The translations under genes were made by a program, and so were the position numbers. Below are positions 56,530-64,000 of a stretch of DNA of 64,000 bases, piece by piece. This DNA is from Naegleria gruberi. Its lineage: Eukaryota. The notes below the pieces were generated by a model, which saw nothing but the letters and a program-made list of their open reading frames with translations, did no database searches and was not told the origin of the DNA. The first letter of the stretch is position 1; the number at the start of each line of letters is the position of its first letter. The stretch is taken from NCBI GenBank assembly GCA_000004985.1, contig GG738855.1; one strand, 5' to 3'.

Positions 56530-56781
56530 TGAGGAAAGGAAGAATCGCGTCAGAAATGAGTCGTACTCTTCATACACTTTATTTTCCCACCATGCAAATT
56601 CCCACAAGATAGAGTTTCATATTCCATCGTGCACTAGAACAACCTCAACCGCCTTAACATCTCGTTTGAATCAACCCTCAAAAAAAATACCTCAATTGGC
56701 TCTCGGATTGAGTATACACATACAGTGAATAGCAACACTAACGAACACCAATAAGGTGAAAATCAAAAGCAACAGTAAGAA

Positions 56782-57921
56782 ATGGGATTGAATCCATCCA
56801 AGATTTCTAAACACAACCGAGCAGAATTCGAATTCAACTATAAACCAAGATTAAATTCTGGAAGTGTTTCTAAGAAACATTCAATTCCAACCGATATTAT
56901 TCATGAGATTGCTTCGTTCATGACCTTAAAGGAGATTATTCACTCCTTCAGTTGTTTATCAAGGGGATTGCGTGGCAGATTCTTCCTCAATCCAACCTCT
57001 CCTCATTGGAAAATCATTAACCTTTCTGATGAAATTATGTTTGGTGATTTGCAAATGGAGAAAATAGTTCAAAATGGTGTTCTCATCCATTCAGAAATGA
57101 TAATTCTCAGAAGAACAAATGTAACTTCTTATTCCCTAAGAAAAATCACCAAGTTTTTAAAGAAGAATCCTGATAATAATCTTTCTCTCCTCGATGTTAG
57201 AGGTTGTTGTAAGGTTTCGAGATCTTCCAGCAAATTGCTTCAGAGAAGTAAGCCTTCCATTCAAATCAGAATGGAAACTAGATCTGACCACTTTGAATGT
57301 ACCTCCGAAACCATTGAGATGAGTAACAATATATTTTCAAATTCCAATTACTTTAATAGATTAACACAAGAGTCTGATAACAATATAATCTATTATGGAT
57401 TTGATGTAGCAAAATGTGCCTGTGACTATTGCTCTGCCTTTAATGTAAAGATGAAATTACTAATGGCTATCTATGGTCCCTATTATTTAGATGTGTTTGT
57501 TGGAAACTTTAAATATGACTTTTTTGAAAAAGCAAGCTCTTCAGCAAAGATTGATTGCTTTACTCCAACATTTGGTACCTCTAAATCATTCATTCCTACT
57601 GGTAATAGTCTGAATTATATTTTGAGAAAGCTTTGGAAGTACAGATTGGTCAAATCTGCCAACTTGGAATTGATCTATAGAAAATACACTCACAATCCTC
57701 TATTCATTGGTGAAGAAGAAATGAATTCATTGGAGTGTTTTTGTGACCGATATGGACCAATTATTGTATTGAGAAATGATGATATTGTAGTGATTGCAAC
57801 CATATGCAACTTGGGTGTTGTCTTTACATCATTTGATAAATTGACAAGCCTTGGAAATGCTATCAAGGCAAGCAGATTCCTCTCGTGCAACGCACATTAT
57901 GATTTGGTTGATATTGCTTAA
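56782..57921 (+). CDS. F-box-like protein, 379 aa.
   Basis: ATG start. The N-terminus IPTDIIHEIASFMTLKEIIHSFSCLSRGLRGRFFLNPTSPHWKIINL is F-box-like. The remainder is Cys-rich and LRR-like. It ends at TAATAA, directly followed in frame by the next ORF. Confidence 0.5.
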   Translation: MGLNPSKISKHNRAEFEFNYKPRLNSGSVSKKHSIPTDIIHEIASFMTLKEIIHSFSCLSRGLRGRFFLNPTSPHWKIINLSDEIMFGDLQMEKIVQNGVLIHSEMIILRRTNVTSYSLRKITKFLKKNPDNNLSLLDVRGCCKVSRSSSKLLQRSKPSIQIRMETRSDHFECTSETIEMSNNIFSNSNYFNRLTQESDNNIIYYGFDVAKCACDYCSAFNVKMKLLMAIYGPYYLDVFVGNFKYDFFEKASSSAKIDCFTPTFGTSKSFIPTGNSLNYILRKLWKYRLVKSANLELIYRKYTHNPLFIGEEEMNSLECFCDRYGPIIVLRNDDIVVIATICNLGVVFTSFDKLTSLGNAIKASRFLSCNAHYDLVDIA

Positions 57922-57927
57922 TAAAAA

Positions 57928-59196
57928 ATGACATCATTATCTACTCTGATTGGCTCGGTGGTTGAGTCAAAGAATACATCAGCACCATACTCAATTATTG
58001 CATTATCATCATCATGTGATTCCATCTCCATTGAGGATATTTGTGGCAATCTGAATAAATTAAAGAAGGATCATGAGGCAACAGCCAAAGCATGTCTCAA
58101 AGCAAAGAAAGATAAAACAAGCCTTCACAAATTGACCGAACAACATTCGGAAGAAATTCAAAAACTTAAACCTTACATTGATCAACTAATTCAAAACAAG
58201 TTGAAATTAGAACAAAAGATCTTTGATTTACAATGGACAAGGCAATTTAAAGAACAAGAATTGGCTAGAGCAAAATCCGAAATATCAGATGAATCATCCA
58301 TCAATGAAGCCTTAATTGACTCGTATGAAGTTTCTCTCCAATCCATTCATGATGAATTACTCCTCTTCAAATCTCGAATGGAAGAATCAACAAAGATGAA
58401 AGAACACCTCTCCGAAGAAATTCTTAGACAAGGCAATATCTTTTCATCCCAATGTCAGGAGAAGAGAGGAAAGGAGGTTGAATTGAGAGAAAAGATGGAA
58501 GAAACACATCACCTTCATGAGCTGTTGGATTCTCTTGAGGAAACATACACTGCTCTGTTGAAGGAGAATGTTAATCGAACTTCCAGTTCTAATCAATCAC
58601 CACACTCAAAATCCAATGAAAAGCTATTGCTAATTGAACAACAAAAGTACTCCGATCAATTGAAGAATATCAACAACGAATTGAGAGAGTTGAGACAAAA
58701 GAAGCAATCTCTCGCTCAACAAATTGATTCCAAGAAGAAACTTAAAGAAGCCATGAATGAAGAGTTGAAGAATCTAGCAAGGGAATTGAAAAGTAAGGGC
58801 ATTGGTAACAATTCAGACACAAGAAGGGTAGCTGAGAATAGCTCTGCAGCAGATTTGACAAGCCCATTCTCTAATCATTTTTCTGCACCAAAAACTCCTG
58901 CGCCTTCAGCTCAAAAGTTTTCATTCAAGAGAACTGTAGTCAATCACGACCCTCAAAAGATCTCAGCAACAACTCCAGATATCAGACTTCTCAAGAGAAA
59001 AACCTCCCCAAACGAAAATGTAATTGATAATGCTAATCAGAACAACAATTCTTCCCGTGTCGACATTTCATCCTTTGCTTATAAGAAGAATGATTTCAGA
59101 AAGGCCTCTGATATTAACAGTGTCAGTAATTCCTCAAACAATAGTAGCAGCAGCACTCCGACAACCTACACATTCAAAAAGTTGAAAAAAGACTAG
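57928..59196 (+). CDS. Coiled-coil protein, 422 aa. It may be the C-terminal continuation of the preceding F-box ORF.
   Basis: The ATG sits 6 nt after the upstream stop, in the same frame. The sequence is mostly heptad coiled coil (KLKPYIDQLIQNKLKLEQKIFDLQWTRQFKEQELARAK..., LRELRQKKQSLAQQIDSKKKLKEAMNEELKNLARELK) with a Ser/Asn-rich tail. Confidence 0.5.
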   Translation: MTSLSTLIGSVVESKNTSAPYSIIALSSSCDSISIEDICGNLNKLKKDHEATAKACLKAKKDKTSLHKLTEQHSEEIQKLKPYIDQLIQNKLKLEQKIFDLQWTRQFKEQELARAKSEISDESSINEALIDSYEVSLQSIHDELLLFKSRMEESTKMKEHLSEEILRQGNIFSSQCQEKRGKEVELREKMEETHHLHELLDSLEETYTALLKENVNRTSSSNQSPHSKSNEKLLLIEQQKYSDQLKNINNELRELRQKKQSLAQQIDSKKKLKEAMNEELKNLARELKSKGIGNNSDTRRVAENSSAADLTSPFSNHFSAPKTPAPSAQKFSFKRTVVNHDPQKISATTPDIRLLKRKTSPNENVIDNANQNNNSSRVDISSFAYKKNDFRKASDINSVSNSSNNSSSSTPTTYTFKKLKKD

Positions 59197-59217
59197 GTAA
59201 TAATGTACTGTATTACA

Positions 59218-60930
59218 TTAGAATGAGAAGTGTCTAGCCACAATTGAATTCTCACCATACTCATCAAATTCATCCTTTGTAACACACATGTTGTCAAATG
59301 TACTCAAGGACATTAAGATGTTGGCTCCTAATAAAATGGAGTCCTCTCTATTCTTATTAATATTGACTGTTACCGTTTCAGCTCGCAATGACTTGGTTAA
59401 TTCTGATTGAGTGAGTTTCTTTTCCAATTCTGTAGAGAATCTCTCAGGTAAACCTTGGAAATTTGATGACCCTCCACAAACAACAAGGTTATTCAAGCTT
59501 GTCAATACCATTTCCTCATCCATAGATTCCAAACTCTCAATAACTGAATTTTGAATGCTTCTTCCACACCAAGATTCATAATATTGCTTATCAATAGATA
59601 AGTCAAAGAAAAATTCTGTACAATCTCCCAATATACCCTCTGATTCTGTTGGAATTCTCAAAATATTACCATCTGGAAGGTTGAAAACTGGTGCAGTATC
59701 ATTTTTTCTATCTTTCGAATGTACTTTCGTATAACAAAGTTTCTCCTTAATAGATCTCAAAATCTCCTTTTCTGAACTTGTAGCAAACTTTAAATTGACA
59801 GTATCCAAACATTGATTTTTCAAAAGCATTGCTTGTAATACTTCCTCAACTGAATGACCACCAAAAGGAATGGCCTTCAATGAATTCCATACAGGCATTC
59901 CTTCATAGACTGGCAATACTGTTGTGAATAACTCTCCCATATCAATAACCATACCACTTGTTTTACCAATACTGAAAATTGGCAAGACATGATCAAGAGA
60001 TAGATACATTTTCTCATAATTCCAACTATCGAATGCATAATGAACGAGTTTCTCCTTCAAAGTTACATCTCTGTACAAGTAGAAAGGTAAAGCAGTGAAG
60101 AGACATTTAGGAGAATTTTGAGAGTTGACTCCTCTAATAAATTCAGCAACTTTCTTCTCCAACATTTGTTCACAATAGGATACAATTGGTTCAGTGTATG
60201 ATGTTGGTTGCTGTTTTGTCTTGAATGGAAAATCAATACGTTCAGAGACAATATACTGATCGAAATACTTTTTTAGCGGATAATTAAGTGTACTAATTGA
60301 CCTTTGTTCCAAACATTCATTTCCAAAGGTTTTCAAATCTTGTCCTCTCATCTTACTTTCAAAATCATGATTTCTATCCTTTCTATTCGCAATAACAGTT
60401 GCTTGATTCATCAATCTAATCTCATTTCCATCTCTACTCATTGAAATTTTAGTATTTTGAGCACCAATTGACCAAAATACTTTCACTTGATCACTTTCTT
60501 TCAAAATCTTTTCCGAAAATCTTTCCTTTACCAACAAATCTTGTCCCTTTTTCAATTTCTCCAAGAATTTACCATCATCATTTCTATCAACACTCCCGAG
60601 AGTAGCAGCTTGATTTAAACTCTTTCCCTTTCTATCATTCAAATCACTCCACTTTAATTGTTGCAATGCCGTTGTTGGATCACCCTTTCCCAATTTGACT
60701 TTAAATTGTGTTGTATGTTTGTTTGAAAATGATTCCCTATTTGCTTCTTCGCTGGTTCGTTGGGCAATTTTCCTCTGCAATGAGACAATTTTATTGATAA
60801 TGATGAGGGAGAGGATGGAAACTACAATGGTCGAAAATGATAAAAAGATTAACAGATTTGGAGTTAATCCGTAGGCATCGAGGCCATAGTCATGAATGGA
60901 TTCTGCAATGGCTTGTCTCCAAATGTCCAT
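59218..60930 (-). CDS. Divergent actin-related protein (Arp) with an N-terminal extension containing a predicted TM helix, 570 aa.
   Basis: Single exon with ATG start. The actin fold is recognisable: VIDMGELFTTVLPVYEGMPV (actin VxDxG...P.yeG); LVVCGGSSNFQGLPERFSTEL matches actin VLSGGTTMFPGIADRMQKE; ILLGANILMSLSTFDNMCVTKDEFDEYGENSIVARHFSF matches actin [32 protein letters not shown]. The N-terminus has a 23-residue hydrophobic segment LLIFLSFSTIVVSILSLIIINKIV. Confidence 0.7.
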   Translation of the reverse strand: MDIWRQAIAESIHDYGLDAYGLTPNLLIFLSFSTIVVSILSLIIINKIVSLQRKIAQRTSEEANRESFSNKHTTQFKVKLGKGDPTTALQQLKWSDLNDRKGKSLNQAATLGSVDRNDDGKFLEKLKKGQDLLVKERFSEKILKESDQVKVFWSIGAQNTKISMSRDGNEIRLMNQATVIANRKDRNHDFESKMRGQDLKTFGNECLEQRSISTLNYPLKKYFDQYIVSERIDFPFKTKQQPTSYTEPIVSYCEQMLEKKVAEFIRGVNSQNSPKCLFTALPFYLYRDVTLKEKLVHYAFDSWNYEKMYLSLDHVLPIFSIGKTSGMVIDMGELFTTVLPVYEGMPVWNSLKAIPFGGHSVEEVLQAMLLKNQCLDTVNLKFATSSEKEILRSIKEKLCYTKVHSKDRKNDTAPVFNLPDGNILRIPTESEGILGDCTEFFFDLSIDKQYYESWCGRSIQNSVIESLESMDEEMVLTSLNNLVVCGGSSNFQGLPERFSTELEKKLTQSELTKSLRAETVTVNINKNREDSILLGANILMSLSTFDNMCVTKDEFDEYGENSIVARHFSF

Positions 60931-61096
60931 TTTTTTTTAATGATTGCTGACAATGTTAATATCTTGTTTATTTTTGTTTATTTAATATTATTAAAATATA
61001 CAATTTAATATTTATACAATATGTTTATAGTTTTATTTATTATTAATTATGAAATTGAAAAAACAAATTCTCTTTATTTGGACAAAATAGAAAAAA

Positions 61097-62395
61097 ATGA
61101 AAAAATTCCTTCCCTCATCAACTCTTCACTTGTTGAAAAACAATTTCGGAGGCAAAATCATCCTCACACAACAAAATTCTCTGATTGTGAATAATAATTT
61201 ATCATCAGCATCACTCACTGTTAGAAATGCCTTCATCAATAATGTGATGATGAATAGGAGAGGAAAGACCATTCTCTCCGATACTCTGAGAACACAAACA
61301 AAGACTTCAAAGGGTACTGATAATAATCAATCATCTGGAAATGAAAAGGAGGAAAAACAAGGATTTTCTGCTAGTGATAGTAGTACTGGTACACAATCAA
61401 AATATAAAAAGTATGCCACTTGGACCTTAGTAGGTTTGGCTGGTTTGATTGGATGGATGGAATTAAATTATAGATCAAGTCCTGAATTTTCTGCTGGTGA
61501 TGCTATTAGAAAGGCAATTTACGGAAATCCATATAGAAATTATTTAAATACCAAGAATGGTGTTGTTTTGGAATTGAGTGTGGATGGTAATGCATCTATT
61601 GTTGATGAAGATGCTTCTCAAGTTAAGAAATTAGTTTACATTTCGGAGGAAGGAAATATTCACTTGATTGTTCCTGATAATTTTGTTCAACCTGGATTAT
61701 TGGTGAATGAGTCGTCTGCATTCAGAGATTCAGGTAAATTCAGATTGACTGATATCAGTGGTAATGATTTAATTTTGGAATGGAACAGAATCAATACAGT
61801 TTTGAGAACTAATTTACAATCAACAATGACACCAACCGAGGAAATTCTCAAAGCCTGTGCTTACAAATACATTGAATCTCTTCTTGAAAGAACTGACGGT
61901 ATCAATATTCAAAGAACAGAATACATCCACATACCTAACCCAAGAATTCCAGTAAAACCATTGGAAAGTTTGGATCCTCTTCCTGTTGATCTTCCATATT
62001 CCAGAATTGCCAATAAGAAGGGAATGGATATGGTATGTGTGGTAAGCTCACACCCAGTCAGCCCTGATTCTCAAGAAAAACTTTATAGAGCCGATTTGTG
62101 GTATGTACACTATCCATTCGTCTACCACTTTTGTGTAAATCAACCTGAACAAACTCGTAAGCTTGCTAATTTCCTTCAAGAAATCAAAGTTGATCCAAAC
62201 TCTGAAAAAGCAAGAGAAATTGTCAAACAAGCTTCCACACAATTGACAAACAAGGACGAAGTTCTTGAACAAATTACCTCTAAAACATTTGCTCCTGACA
62301 GATTGACATTAGACCCAGCAAAAATTGGCCTAAACTTGAGGAATGATTTGTTAAGAGTTCAACACAATAGTTTCTGTAAATTCATTTCCGTTTAA
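61097..62395 (+). CDS. Hypothetical protein with a presequence-like N-terminus and one predicted TM helix, 432 aa.
   Basis: ATG start. The N-terminus is basic and hydroxylated (possible mitochondrial presequence). The hydrophobic helix is YATWTLVGLAGLIGWM. No domain recognised. Confidence 0.4.
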   Translation: MKKFLPSSTLHLLKNNFGGKIILTQQNSLIVNNNLSSASLTVRNAFINNVMMNRRGKTILSDTLRTQTKTSKGTDNNQSSGNEKEEKQGFSASDSSTGTQSKYKKYATWTLVGLAGLIGWMELNYRSSPEFSAGDAIRKAIYGNPYRNYLNTKNGVVLELSVDGNASIVDEDASQVKKLVYISEEGNIHLIVPDNFVQPGLLVNESSAFRDSGKFRLTDISGNDLILEWNRINTVLRTNLQSTMTPTEEILKACAYKYIESLLERTDGINIQRTEYIHIPNPRIPVKPLESLDPLPVDLPYSRIANKKGMDMVCVVSSHPVSPDSQEKLYRADLWYVHYPFVYHFCVNQPEQTRKLANFLQEIKVDPNSEKAREIVKQASTQLTNKDEVLEQITSKTFAPDRLTLDPAKIGLNLRNDLLRVQHNSFCKFISV

Positions 62396-62415
62396 AAAAG
62401 TTAAATTATTATTAT

Positions 62416-62950
62416 TTACTTGGCATGTTTCTTTGTGTATTCACGAGCAGTCTTATCGAATTTAGATCTATCATTAACATAGGCTTCAGCAGCATCGGCA
62501 TCGAGTGGTGAAGCAGTATTTGGATTCTTCATAAGTTCTTGAATAGCAATAATAACAGCTTCCAAGTTCAATGTTGGTTTCCAACCATCAGCCTTCAAAA
62601 CTTCTAAACAAATACCACCTTCAGCATCAAAGTTTGGATGGTAAACTCTTGTCTTTGCTGTGAATTTTGGAGGATTGAATGGATAGCTTTTGTATGTCGG
62701 ATCAAAGCATCATTTATAAGTGATGATGATTAATACTAGCTTGGAAGAAATTAAAAACTCACTTTTCTGGGAGAACACAATCAAATTCAAATTTACCACC
62801 TTCATAAGGAGTACCGGATGGTCCACCAATAATAATTTTCCAATGTTTAATATCATCACCAACAAGATCAACTGTACAACCATCGACTGGTTTGGTCTTT
62901 AACTTGTTGAATTCCTTGAGTGGTCTTTGGGCGGCTCCTGCTTGACTCAT
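62416..62950 (-). CDS. Ubiquitin-conjugating enzyme E2. 2 exons, approximately join(62772..62950, 62416..62695).
   Basis: The spliced product is MSQAGAAQRPLKEFNKL...WKIIIGGPSGTPYEGGKFEFDCVLPE|NYPFNPPKFTAKTRVYHPNFDAEGGICLEVLKADGWKPTLNLEAVIIAIQELMKNPNTASPLDADAAEAY.. It carries the UBC fold with the HPN motif and active-site Cys (GGICL). The intron is 76 nt (GTGAGT..CAAAAG). Confidence 0.8.
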
Positions 62951-63400
62951 TTTTATTATGTTGTATTTTTAGATTGCAATGTTCCTTTGCAAATATTTGC
63001 ATCAAAAACATTGAAATTGTAATAGGTGATGCATGTTCAGTCTGAGGTTTAAAAAGTGCAATATTGAAACTTTAAATCTCTTATGATTTAAAAAGTAGTA
63101 GTTGGATTAGTGAAACAACGGTCGCCACTAAAGTTTTCAAGGTTGATGTCGAATGGAAGTTGAAAGTCTCCAATTCCCTTTCTATTAGGCTTCTTGTTTG
63201 AAATTCGTGCTTGCTAGCGAACAAATATACTGCCTTCCAATTAATTAGAACAAACAGATTTTTAAAAAATATTCATACAGCAGCGGATTGGTTTGTTGAT
63301 TGGAAGTTTCTACATCATCACAAACAACAAACAGAATTCTGGTTTACATCATCACCAATAATTATTACACCAGATATCCATATACTACCTTCCAAATACA

Positions 63401-64000
63401 ATGATATCGGGTTATACACCACCAACAACACAGCCACCAACAGCAAATAATGGCTTGGCTGAAAGTTATAATGGAATTGCTGGACCAAAAGCCGACGACT
63501 TTTTGGATAACCTCTTGGAAAAGGCTCCAGGATCAACCAAATTTTGGAATTACTTTTATACTCTCTTCATGATTATTTTTGTAATTCTCGGAACATCAGT
63601 TGTTATTTTGTTAGCTGTTTTCTTCCATAATAGAGTTATTTTCCCAATAGACAGTTCATGTACTACTGGTTCAAAGGATATTGTTATTCCTTCGAATGTT
63701 ATTTCAGATTTTTGGAAGAAGTGTTCTTCCTTTTCTGAAACTAAATATTTGTCCTCTTTCCACTACAGCTTACAAGAAATTAATTGTATGAAATCGGAAA
63801 GTTATGGAAGAGCATTAAATCTCATGTCCGTACCAAATGTAAAGAGATCAATTGTGGATAATGTTATCAAGATTGCTGATCAATATTTGGCAGGTGCCCC
63901 AACTGCTGATTCCTGTTCAAAGGAAAGATCTAGAATTTTGGCCATCCAAACCAAGTACAAGAATTATTTGAGTATCATTGATAAGGGAGGTGATGTTGAA
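63401..64000 (+). CDS. Hypothetical single-pass membrane protein, partial; it runs off the right edge.
   Basis: The ATG at 63401 opens a frame that stays open to the window end: MISGYTPPTTQPPTANNGLAESYNGIAGPKADDFLDNLLEKAPGSTKFWNYFYTLFMIIFVILGTSVVILLAVFFHNRVIFPIDSSCTTGS... It contains one hydrophobic helix. The overlapping track ORFs 63211..63450 (+) and 63318..63536 (-) are in other frames. Confidence 0.4.
   Translation, partial: MISGYTPPTTQPPTANNGLAESYNGIAGPKADDFLDNLLEKAPGSTKFWNYFYTLFMIIFVILGTSVVILLAVFFHNRVIFPIDSSCTTGSKDIVIPSNVISDFWKKCSSFSETKYLSSFHYSLQEINCMKSESYGRALNLMSVPNVKRSIVDNVIKIADQYLAGAPTADSCSKERSRILAIQTKYKNYLSIIDKGGDVE

Noticed and set aside
62720-62902. Plus-strand ORF 62720..62902.
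   Set aside because: It is antisense to exon 1 of the E2 ubiquitin-conjugating enzyme gene.
1-64000. CRISPR arrays, restriction-modification or toxin-antitoxin or other prokaryotic defence systems, and operon structure.
   Set aside because: The sequence is eukaryotic, with spliceosomal introns, Pol III 5S genes and eukaryote-specific domains (BEACH, F-box, ELMO, RhoGAP/GEF). I saw no direct-repeat/spacer arrays and no prokaryotic gene families.

Overview
This window is AT-rich nuclear DNA from a unicellular eukaryote, not a prokaryote. The evidence is spliceosomal GT-AG introns of about 40-145 nt, several starting GTAAGT or GTATGT, Asn/Gln/Ser/Thr-rich low-complexity proteins, and two Pol III 5S rRNA genes each followed by a T-run. 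The gene content points to Amoebozoa, probably a dictyostelid-like genome: MGM101, CLN3/battenin, LvsA-like BEACH, many F-box, RhoGAP/RhoGEF and NHL proteins, and a 5S sequence resembling dictyostelid 5S. Taxon assignment is inference only. The ORF track uses bacterial start codons, so some ORFs are printed with M where the DNA has TTG or GTG, and it ignores splicing. I rebuilt gene models by hand; exon coordinates are approximate, within about 2 nt. About 35 protein-coding genes are packed at roughly one per 2 kb. Several stop-to-start spacers are extremely short at 6-65 bp, and one pair of stop codons lies 5 bp apart. Recognisable products include a giant secreted NHL-repeat/EGF-like protein (partial), tRNA isopentenyltransferase, a divergent Rab-like GTPase, Mrt4, a roughly 2,230-aa BEACH/WD40 protein, CLN3, an ELMO-domain protein, MGM101, glycerophosphodiester phosphodiesterase, BAR-RhoGAP, compact alpha2-type GlyRS, a CCA-enzyme-family protein, a GT8 glycogenin-like multi-TM protein, DH-PH RhoGEF, OPT and MFS transporters, an E2 enzyme, an actin-related protein and several F-box proteins. 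I found no CRISPR array, prokaryotic defence system, obvious transposon or tRNA gene. The items most worth follow-up are an F-box/degenerate Rho-GTPase fusion, an Arp with a predicted N-terminal transmembrane helix, a Rab-like gene with a 6-nt microexon and no prenylation cysteines, two 5S genes bracketing an NHL-repeat gene, an F-box ORF and a coiled-coil ORF joined in frame across TAATAA, and pervasive ultra-short introns and mini-exons.
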